A DNA stretch of 63,548 nt, the filler included, from Welwitschia mirabilis (lineage: Eukaryota), in NCBI GenBank assembly GCA_051453625.1. It is 7 parts of one record of this genome, joined end to end, with 100 filler letters (N's around TTAATTAATTAA, not from the genome) between each part and the next. Parts side by side here need not be neighbours in the genome. Positions count along the whole stretch, not along the records: positions 47,559 to 57,037 come from JBOZIK010000001.1; positions 57,138 to 60,836 come from JBOZIK010000001.1; positions 60,937 to 62,116 come from JBOZIK010000001.1; positions 62,217 to 63,548 come from JBOZIK010000001.1; 3 more parts are not named here. One strand, written 5' to 3'. Position numbers and translations under genes: made by a program. A model generated the notes under the pieces. That model had not been told where the DNA came from, did not search any database, and worked only from the letters and a program-made list of their open reading frames with translations. Shown here one piece after another: positions 53,034 to 63,548 of the stretch (the first letter of the stretch is position 1; each line of letters begins with the position of its first letter).

Positions 53034-56000
53034 TGAACCTTTACTTCATGAAAATCATTTCTCTTTCTTCTCACCTAGTGCCTTTGATGGATTTTAACAT
53101 TTAGGTCCTGTCCCATCTATATTAGTATGTTGTATTTGTATATATATATTTGTGATTAATAGGATTTGACTAAGGATGTAACATTTTCATAAATACACAC
53201 TGTAATATCTTGGCACCATTACTAGGGAAGGCCGTAATAATTTTGAGGATTATTGTTACCCAAATAAGTGCTTTGGATTTCAATTTAAGTATTTATTTGT
53301 GGTAGCATTGTATTTTTACTATAAATATTTTAGTTTTTCCTTTTGCCTTTTGTTTTTTTCTTTTTAATTTTTTGTTTTATATTTTTTGAGCCTATCATCC
53401 TATTTGTTTTTTAGATGACACATGCGAACAATGACCTAGGGTTAGGATTTTTTGTTATTTTTTTATAGTTTTTTTTAAGTTTTCTGCTGCATAATAAGCC
53501 AATACCATCTCCTTTATCATCTGGATGACACTGGAAGATGACTAACAACATGTTTATACTTGGTTTTTGGTGATTATCTTTTCTATTTTATCTATATTTT
53601 TTGGTTTTTTTTTGTTTTCTAGTCATCTAGGATATTTTCTAGATAATGAATAAGACGATAAATAGGCAAACATTTTATTGAGCATGTAGGGATGTGATAA
53701 AATTTGGTAAAAAGCTGAAATATCTGAGAGAATGAAGTTTAATTAGAAAAATATCAGAAAAGGCTTACTTGATAAAAAATAGAATACAGATCACACATCC
53801 CAGGTACATAATTTTCAAGATTTAAAGAAATTTTTTCTATTTTTTTGTGATTCTAGAATCAAAATTTTCAAATAGCAGTGGTGAAAATAATAGAATAGGA
53901 GAAAAATCATTTTATCCCCTTCTTATTAATGAATAGTATTGTTTCAAAACATGATAGGACCCTCTAGTTCAAATAAAAATATTACGGTAGGAGATATAAT
54001 GACTAGAAGCAGACATAAAAGAGAAAAAGCTTGTAACTTATCTCCTAATGATGATTTACAACTTAAAACTGAGAATTCTTCTTGTTCATCCCTCCCATCC
54101 ACTACTAGAAATAATGATAAAAAACCACTATGAGAAATTTTGGCTGAAATGAGAGCTAATAAAATGAGGAGAAAACATAAAAGTTCTAATAATAATGGAA
54201 ATAAAACACTTAGAGAAATATTTCAAGAATAATTCTGGGGAACTTCAAATGATGTTGAAACTATGATTCCTTCCTCTTTTTAAACTTATTATTTTTTCCC
54301 TCATTCTTTTCAAACATCAAATGAAAATGACATAGATGATTTACAACATTTTAGAGACTTCATCTCATATAGTAAAACATCCTACAGTCATTTTTGTTAA
54401 TTCCAATCATCTCCCATGAATCATTCTGAAGAATAACCATCTTCCGTAAGTTATTATGAAGAACAAACATCTCCATCCATTATGTTGAAGAAGAAAGATC
54501 TATCTACCACAAGTTACTATAAAAAACGAAATAAATCAGCAACAAAAATGCTTAAGAAAATGAAAATGAGGCAAGAAAATATCAACAAGAACTTAGAAAA
54601 TTTGATAGGAATATTTCAATAAAATTTATTACAAATTCAAAAATTTCAAGGTTCTTTTATACAACAAATCTATCCTACTACATTCCACTTTGAAAAACAT
54701 GAGGAGAACTTTAAAATAACAAGTAACAATAATTCTTGCTTTAATATAGAAAATGAAAGTATGGATCAACCTACAACACTAAATTTATTAGGAGATGGAC
54801 AACAAAAGAAAAATAATGATGATTCAAATCTATTATTTATCAATAAGAATGAATATGATTATTTCTCAGATGATAAGCTAGGTTATAACCCTGTTTAATT
54901 CCTATTAGAAAATAAAGATGAAATAAAAGAATTAACTCATGAAAAATCTAAAAATTCATTAATCCATGATAAACATAATGATCACATTTCTCGTTCTAAT
55001 GAATCTAACGAATTTTAAAAATAATAACATGAAACAAATAATGAGAATGGTAAATAAGACGATGATGATGATTATATTAAAATATTAGATCATATCCCTG
55101 ATTTTCACTTACTTTGTGATGAGGATGAAGGAGTTCAACCTTTAAAAGAAGTTCAACATATGAGATCAAAGGAGAATTTAAGTAATGAAATAGAATCAAT
55201 GGAAAATTTACATTATGAAGGGAGTCATCCACCCCTTTTGTCTGGACGACAGTCCACAACAACAATATGTAATAGCAACTCAAAAACTAAAAATAAGGAT
55301 TATAGTTTAGAATTAATAGAATTATTCAATAGAGAGGAAGAAGAATCAACTCAGGAAATATCAGAAAATCTTCCATCACATAATGAAAATTTTTCTTTCT
55401 ATGCTCTTTTTAATGATCTTTTTGAGGAATTCACCAACTTAAAAAATGAAAATAATCCTTAACAAAATAATAATTAGTTTAATAAAGGAGAGCAAGATAT
55501 AGTCCATTATAATGATAAAGACAATGAAGAAGAGGGAGCTATTATTAAAGAGATAACAAACAAAGTAGAGAATGAATTCAATCAAGTAATGATGAAGTCA
55601 ACAATGAGGAGGAGAGAAATAAATAAGAATATATAGAAAATCAACCAAACTTAATGGAGAATAGACTTATTACTTCCAATGAAATAAACAAACTTAAAGA
55701 GTTTACTCATGCTTCTCCATCACTTTCACTTGTACTTCCATGCAAAATATTAAATGATATCCCTTCTTCTACTTCTACTTCCACATTATCTTGTAATCTT
55801 GACAATGATAACATTTGTATTCCTCTCTCTCAATTGAACATTTAAGTAATTATCCAAATCACATATCTCTCCTTGAATTTAATGAAACACATCATCTTAT
55901 CGAATCTACTCCAAAAATCTCTCTCTCTTTTTCTTTTAAAACTTCTTGTACTACAAAAAGTAACATCTTTTCCTCTTTTACAAAGTCAACTTTACCTTGT

Positions 56001-57037
56001 TCTTTTAATGATTAGTCTTTTCATAAATAAGACTTGGAATATCTTAGAACTCTAAATTGGGATAAACCTTATCTTCTTGATCCAAATCCATGCTTAGAAT
56101 TGGATGTTAAGGAAATTATTAAGTATGTTAAACCTATATAAATAAATAACACTAAGAAGTTTCTTCAAAAGCCTTAGATTCCAAATAATACCATTAATAT
56201 CTCCCATATTTAATATTAAGCTTTGAATAAAGTCTATGTTTTAAATTCTTTACATCATGAGTTTGATAAGAGATTGTTTTTCCATGAGTTATATGAATTT
56301 TTTATCTCCTATATTGCTACTAAATCTTATAAAAATAAAATGTCATGTGNNNNNNNNNNNNNNNNNNNNNNNNNNNNNNNNNNNNNNNNNNNNNNNNNNN
56401 NNNNNNNNNNNNNNNNNNNNNNNNNNNNNNNNNNNNNNNNNNNNNNNNNNNNNNNNNNNNNNNNNNNNNNNNNNNNNNNNNNNNNNNNNNNNNNNNNNNN
56501 NNNNNNNNNNNNNNNNNNNNNNNNNNNNNNNNNNNNNNNNNNNNNNNNNNNNNNNNNNNNNNNNNNNNNNNNNNNNNNNNNNNNNNNNNNNNNNNNNNNN
56601 NNNNNNNNNNNNNNNNNNNNNNNNNNNNNNNNNNNNNNNNNNNNNNNNNNNNNNNNNNNNNNNNNNNNNNNNNNNNNNNNNNNNNNNNNNNNNNNNNNNN
56701 NNNNNNNNNNNNNNNNNNNNNNNNNNNNNNNNNNNNNNNNNNNNNNNNNNNNNNNNNNNNNNNNNNNNNNNNNNNNNNNNNNNNNNNNNNTAAACCTTGC
56801 TTTTATTTTGCTTTGGTATTTCCTTTTTGCTCTTATGTTTTTATGCTTTTATCTTTGGTTTTTATTTTAAGCAATAAATTTATCTCTTAGATTGTTAAAT
56901 CCTTATCTTTTAGAAAAAGTACCTTTTTAGTGGCTCAGTTGAGATTTATGCACACCAAAGAAATTCAAAAATATGGAAAAAGATTACAAATCATGAATTA
57001 TCAAAAGACCTTAAACATGATAGAAGCAATTGTTTTA
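53034..57037 (+). mobile_element. Family A LTR end (to 53207), PBS (53211-53228) and pol-less internal region, copy 2
   Basis: 53034-54930 nearly duplicates 51050-52933. An integrase-tail-like LLNPYLLEKV..SGSVEI lies near 56890-56950. No RT/RH motifs seen. Confidence 0.78.
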
Positions 57038-57137
57038 NNNNNNNNNNNNNNNNNNNNNNNNNNNNNNNNNNNNNNNNNNNNTTAATTAATTAANNNNNNN
57101 NNNNNNNNNNNNNNNNNNNNNNNNNNNNNNNNNNNNN

Positions 57138-57715
57138 GCTTTTGGCTTGTAGCTTTAAGTAGAATCTTCACCATTCAGTGTTAGGTAGATAAGATTCTAT
57201 CTTATAGAATTTGGTGTAAGTTATCTTATAGTGTTAGGTAGATAAGACTCTGTCTTCTAGTGTTAGGTAAAATCTTCATCATTTAGCATTTGGTGAAGAT
57301 TATATTGTAGCATATAGTGGAGATTGTCATGTAGCATTTTGTGGAATCTTTATCATGATGAGTCCAACGCATGTCCTTTGTAGTCAGATTCCTCTACCAA
57401 TTGATGCTATTATTACATATCTCCAATACCGCTTTCACATACCTCTATCACATGTCTTTCAATTCTACTACTATGTGTCACCATGTCATTTCTTCATTGC
57501 CACTATTGTTTTATGTGGAATTATGTCTATCTTCCATCATGTGCTCCAAAATGTGGCTAAAGATCTACATTTATCATAGAGAAAAACATAATACTAAATT
57601 TTATTTAAAAAATAATAGAAGACATATTTTATGATTAAAACAATTAAATTAATGTCTTCATTTATAATAAATTGGTATGAAATTATTGATATAAATTTTA
57701 ATTTTTACATGATAA
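57138..57715 (-). repeat. Family B LTR fragment with short tandem subrepeats
   Basis: Reverse-complement homolog of 20342-20880; agtgttaggtagataaga repeats at 57177-57275. Confidence 0.7.
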
Positions 57716-58399
57716 AAATACTTCTGAAAAACAAACAAAAAGTAATTTCCACAATGGAAATGAATCTTAGTAACCCAAGGAATATAAATTAAAATCACTA
57801 AAATTGGTGTAAGAAATTACTATGCCTTAATTTTTGGTTTAATTCTTGATCTTTTGAAGATGTACACTAACTATTAAGGTATGAGTATAGCTAATCTTAA
57901 TTACCATTCTCTCTTAAGGATTATAGACATATTTTAGAGATAAAAAATAATTATGAAAGAATTTTAAAAAAGGATTAAGAATTAATATTATAGATTCTCA
58001 TGCTAATAATTAAGAATGACTGTTTATTAGAAAACCTACTACATAATTCTAATCTAAATTTAAAAAGTTGCTTTAACCAAAAATTAGATTTATAGATATG
58101 CAATCAATTATTCATTGCAGCCTCTAAATGTCATAAAAGCACTCAATATTAGAAATGTAATGTCTTATAATAAAATTTAAGAAATACTAAGATAACATGA
58201 AAGAGATTATAAATGATAATACATTAATCATCTAAACCCTAATAATACATTAAAGGAATAGGTATAATTAATAAATATGAAAAAAAGCATTTAAAATGTA
58301 CCATTGCATTATGTGTAATCATATTAATGAACAAAGAAAAGGATAAATCTAACCACATATCAAAGCNNNNNNNTTATTGATGCAAACACCATAGTATAA

Positions 58400-60480
58400 C
58401 ATCAATTTTTCATAGATAAGGGTGGGAGAAGAGAGGCTTAAAACCTCATGATGAGATAATCCCTCATCATAACAATAGGAATTTCAAACATAGGATGATA
58501 GAATTCTAATGGAATTTAAATTGGATGAACTGATGGATTACATTCTTTGACTGATTAGATTCCTAATCCTTTAGTGGAGCTTTGCTTATATAGCTTTTCT
58601 TAGGATTATAAATCACCTTAATATATCTCTATTAACAATAGATGATCATTAATAAATCTCCTTTAGCTACAGGATTTAGGTATGTAATCTTTAATGTTCT
58701 TATAGTTTGATTCAGTGCTTTGGCTAATAGACTAACTTTAGCTTCATGATATAGGGATAATTTAATGATTTATTCTCTATTGTATAATCCGCTCTTTCAA
58801 GAACTAATCTTTTTAAGAACACTTATAGTGCTAGTCCCTTTTGGTTTTTGATTTTTATGAAAGATACACAGCTTAAGATGATCTATAAATAAAAGACCAT
58901 GAATTAGTCCTTTTTAATAATATTTTTATAAGCTTAGGGATAAAACATGATTAGCAATATTCTAATAATAAATATAGTTCAAACATATTATTGACTAAAT
59001 TTGAAGAGGCCAAATGTGTAAAAATACAAGTGTAAACATGAGCCATCTCATCAACACAATGAAGATGGCATCATATCGATAATTAGACCTAGGTAAGTCA
59101 ACCATAAAATCCATACTAATTCTTTGTCAAGGTGCCTTTGATATGGGTGGTGACTAGTATAAGAAAAATATTTGTTATGTATCTTTCATAAATTAGCAAA
59201 TAGCACATTGCATTTAATTTAGTTTTTCATGAAAATTCACTAAGATGAGATTTGAAGTATTTTGCCCTTTTAAACTGGCAATGCTGGTAGTCATGGATGG
59301 CTACGTTAGCATTTTAGCTTGGATCATCTTTAGATTTTACAGTGTTCTTCAACATGTAGTATTTGTCTTAAAAATGTCATGAAAAGATTCTAAGTCTAAA
59401 CTTATTATAGAAAAATAATAGAATATATTTTTTAATGATAAAATCGATTATATTAATGTCTTCCATTAAGATAAATTGGTCATTTAACTTGATGATAATG
59501 TCCATTTTTACATGTTAGTATACATTGCTATAGAAATGCCTCTGCTTATTTTTTAAACTAGACTAGTAGTATAATCAACTTACTAATCTCGAGTTTTATC
59601 TCTATTAATATGTGATGTTGTATTAGTAGTGTGACTTTGTTGGATCAATTGTTCCCTAAGGCTTTCAACTAGAATACAAAATCTACCACTTTTATATGAT
59701 AACTTATTTATCAAATGGTAATTACATAATTTGACTTATCATTCTATAGATTCTACCAAATTTCTCTACATTTAGGATCATAATTTTACTCTTTCTACAA
59801 ATATTAGATATTTTCTATAAGATTTTAGATCACAACTCCACATCTCGGATTGAGTGCATTAGGTAGTCTCTTAGTGGTTCCCTCACATACTTTAGTTTGA
59901 AAGTAAACTTCTATAGTTGCTTAATCCATTAGGCATACATAGATTTCCTAATCTTTGCATACAAGTTAGTGCACTTTAAGGTTCAAGGATCTATTCATAA
60001 GATAAACTTCTTTAGCAATAAGAAATATCTCCACCTATGTAGAGTAGATTACTATGTATAACTATTGATCATAGTGGAATATTATTACTTCATATCATTT
60101 AACTTCTCACAAAAGTATGCTATGTTTATTCTTATTACTAAGAAACCCTTAAATTCTATTATTACTTACATCCAACTCATCAAGAAATGTCCTTGTAAAT
60201 TTTGAGAAAACTAACATTCACTCTTCATAAAGCTTCTTCTTTATTAGCTAAGATTCTATTTTCTACTTCTATTCGTTGAAGATCCTTTATCTTTCCTTTG
60301 AATTTATTTGTCATAAGTGATACGATTTCTACAAAATTGTAAATACACTTTTTATAAAAGCATAATAAGCCATAGAAATTATGTACATGATTAGCATTTT
60401 TTGTATTAGTCAATTATGGATTGCTTTAATCTTTATTAAGTCCATTTTGAATGTACATGCCTTTATAAAGCCTAAGTACA
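58400..60480 (-). pseudogene. Highly degenerate Ty3/gypsy pol (RT end, RNase H, integrase), interrupted by a family B LTR fragment (~59270-59520)
   Basis: VHNFYGLLCFYKKCIYNF (RT thumb), LHRWRYFLLLKKFIL (RH), CAIC and P*QRISMDFMVDLPRS...YDAIFIV (integrase). Confidence 0.72.
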
Positions 60481-62216
60481 CAAATTTTTTTATTTTATCT
60501 TACTCTAATTATGTAATTTTTTTTATTTTACTTCTTTTCTTCTTTAACGTTTTTACCTAATAAACACTGTAAAACCTAGGACCAAATTATACTTACTTCT
60601 TAATTATAATTTCTACATTCTAAGAAAGATAAATCATATTAATATCATATATTTATGTATAATTAATTTCTAGGTTATTTTAATTTAGAAATAATAGCGA
60701 TGTCATAAGTTTATGTCCTCCATTTATTTTTAGTTTTTTATCACATAAAATGTATCTTATGAATAGTTTAGAAGATGTAAACTTATTATCAACATACATA
60801 GATAAATTTTAAGGATAATGCCTAACTAATATAATANNNNNNNNNNNNNNNNNNNNNNNNNNNNNNNNNNNNNNNNNNNNTTAATTAATTAANNNNNNNN
60901 NNNNNNNNNNNNNNNNNNNNNNNNNNNNNNNNNNNNTTTAAATATCCTTTGATGGAATTAATATGGCCATAATAAAATGAAAATAGTATAAGACAACTTT
61001 ATTTTAATCAAAAATAAAAAATCTTATTAAGTAAAATAGTTTATTACAACCAATTGTAGGAGTAATAGTAAAAACATATCTCAAATCACTAAGCAAATAA
61101 ATCACCAACTAAAGCAACTCAATTCTTAAAGTAACCAAAAAACTTATTCCTCTTATGAGAACACCTAGTCTTAGAAGACAATCCTATAGAATTATCACCT
61201 AAGGGCAGTAGATGCNNNNNNNNNNATCTCATTTAAAGATTCATATAGCATATTAATCTCATTTAGATGGCCTTATCAAAATTTTTAATAAGGTTTAGCA
61301 TTCCATATTATCTTCTCTATATTTTTCTTATTAAAATGCAATGTCGTAAGACTAAGAATAGGGTTTGTGCCTTGAAGCTGATCAACCCTTTCCTCTATCA
61401 CTTACATTTGCCTAGCTAACTTACCCAAAGAAATGTCACAAGTTGAATTCCCATAGTAGAGTTACTAACAAAGTTCTTCAATTCTCACCCTCAGATACTC
61501 ATCCACTAATTGATGGATCATGGGACTAAAACTTGAGAAAATGATACTGCTTTCAAAATAATCTTTACTAGCCTCAATTATGAAGAAATCTAAGGTATCT
61601 AAGACCTAAATACTTAATTTGTAAGGGTAGTATGAGAATTTCTATAGTACATTTTTTAATCTAATAGAGATTTAAGGTGATTGGGAGTCTACACTACTAA
61701 TGCACATGTCTATCTATGTGGAATCCAAATTGAACAAGAAATATTTTAGTTTCTTAACACTAGAGTAAACAATGGAAGAAGGAAGAGAAGCATAAGCCAT
61801 AAGGATTAATGGAGAAAAGATAAGAAGGATTAACATATGGTCAAGTGAAGGTATTCTAAAGCTCAGGTCGAGAATGATGGATGATTAGCATGTAAGAAAT
61901 GAGATTTATAGAATAAGTCTTACGATCATATTTGATAAGTATAAGTCATATTAAATTACCTAATGCACATTTATTCAATATTGAAGTAAAGGATTATGTA
62001 AAAGTGACATACTTGTCTTACCAACAGCTAAAGCTTACCAAGTATCAACATTAATCTTAGAGCAAATCTAGAATCGAGAAATCATAAACTAATTAAGATT
62101 TAATTTAAAGTCAAAANNNNNNNNNNNNNNNNNNNNNNNNNNNNNNNNNNNNNNNNNNNNTTAATTAATTAANNNNNNNNNNNNNNNNNNNNNNNNNNNN
62201 NNNNNNNNNNNNNNNN

Positions 62217-63300
62217 AACTTCTGAATTTCGACAGGTAACAAAGTGTTGAAACCAGTTTCTTCATTCATCATTGAAACTTATTATCTCTACAAGTGGATG
62301 ATCTAAAGTTGGCAAATGTTTGTCTAGGTAAGTTGACTTTAATAGTGGGCATCCCCACTTTGTTGTTTAGTTATTAAGTTATATCAGTTGCCTAGACGTC
62401 CTCACTCAATAAAGCCTAGATGTCCCCACTAGTCGTAGTTGAATTGTATGGGAGTGACTTATTAACAGGTACTGAGGTCCCCACTTAAGTAGACCAGATG
62501 CCCTACTCCTTACGGGAAATTTCTATGATTCTATCTTGTTAACAGGTGCGGATGTCCCCACTCAGGGAGCTCGAACGTCCCCTCTCCTCTCTGCCAATGA
62601 GAGACTACACCACAGACAAATAAGCCATATTGTACGAGCAACTGCACCTCTAACAGGTGCAGACGTCCCTTCCCCCAAAGGTGGGTGTCCCCACCATTAG
62701 AAGTGTGGACATCTCCCCCCACAGCCCCCAACCCCCACCCAAATCCTTTAAGCGCGAACATCCCCACTCTTTTAGGGTGGTAGTCCCCACTCCTAGACCG
62801 TTGTAAAATGGTCGTTTTTGGCAGAACTCGTTGTGGTTTCAAATTTCTTATTTTAGTGCGATCTTTAAGGCTGATCCAGTAAAGGATGTTTCTTGGGGCT
62901 AGGCCCAGATTGACAGTGAAATAAATGAGATCTAAAATCATGGTCTCTTAGATATTACAGTCTATTTTCTTCTAATAGCTATCTGTTGTTCTCTATAAAA
63001 GAAAGAAATCTCCTCATTCATTGCTAATGCTCTTTCATCAACAATGACCCTACTTTAGATATCATCCAGTGAAGGAACCAACATTTAGTGATTTATCTCT
63101 GTAGTAATCATCTTGTGATATTTGTGCTTAAGGCACTTTATTTTTTCCTGTTCTTACCGTGGTTGAGTCTAAGCCAAGAAAAGACTTTGTGTTGTACTAG
63201 ATTGATGATAAGCCTAAAGCCATCTATGTTGTAAAAGGGTTGATGATCAGCCATATATCATATGTTGAAGAGATTTAAAGGAACTAGGGAAGGAGAATCA
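62217..63300 (+). repeat. LTR-like segment with dispersed GAYGTCCCCACT motif array (62345-62795)
   Basis: About a dozen variants (gatgtccccact, gaggtccccact, gaacatccccact...), followed by TATA-like ctctataaaa near 62991. Family not established. Confidence 0.4.
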
Positions 63301-63548
63301 TTTCTCTCTCCTTGAAGAGTGGAGAAGAGAAATACATTATACAAATAAAGTGTTACAACAAGAGAAAAATAAAAGATACAAAAGAGGATTTGACTTCAAC
63401 TCCAACAAGTCTTCCACTTGAAGACAAATCTAACCAGCCTCCAAGAATCAAAAGAGATGCATTACTTCAATGTGTCCCTTTGCTGCCCATTGCTCAAGTT
63501 ATGGCAATTCCAAGCTTTCCTTTACAGAAGTTATGCTTCTCCACTGCC

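Noticed and set aside
60937-62116. Possible coding remnant on a short scaffold
   Set aside because: No ORF or motif I could support.
62531-62941. 136-aa minus-strand ORF as a host gene
   Set aside because: Overlaps the motif array; its Gly-rich content reflects the repeats and there is no recognisable domain.

Overview
This is AT-rich, gappy plant-type genomic DNA made almost entirely of decayed transposable elements; I found no intact host gene, RNA gene or CRISPR array. Six N44-TTAATTAATTAA-N44 linkers split it into about seven concatenated scaffolds, so adjacency across them is not biological. 1-14.2 kb holds four staggered pieces of a Ty3/gypsy Tat/Ogre-type retrotransposon (protease, candidate intron, RT, RNase H, extra archaeal-type RNase H, integrase, long 3' UTR, PPT, 3' LTR). 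15.3-19.1 kb is an RTEX-like LINE on the minus strand, split by a solo LTR. The remainder contains two Athila-like LTR families (tRNA-Asp PBS, gag/PR/RT remnants, a VREFY-type extra ORF and a pol-less derivative), Ty1/copia remnants (one carrying a 447-bp hAT MITE), another gypsy pol remnant and motif-array LTR-like segments. The most interesting observations are: (i) an unannotated ~75-aa acidic ORF behind a splice acceptor in the Tat 3' UTR, conserved in two copies; (ii) a probably structured 3' UTR module shared at nucleotide level between the Tat and Athila elements; (iii) a ~10-bp-phased array of 20 W-boxes inside a predicted LTR intron; (iv) strongly one-way C>T/G>A decay in all sequence contexts. 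All calls were made by eye, and boundaries of degenerate features are approximate.
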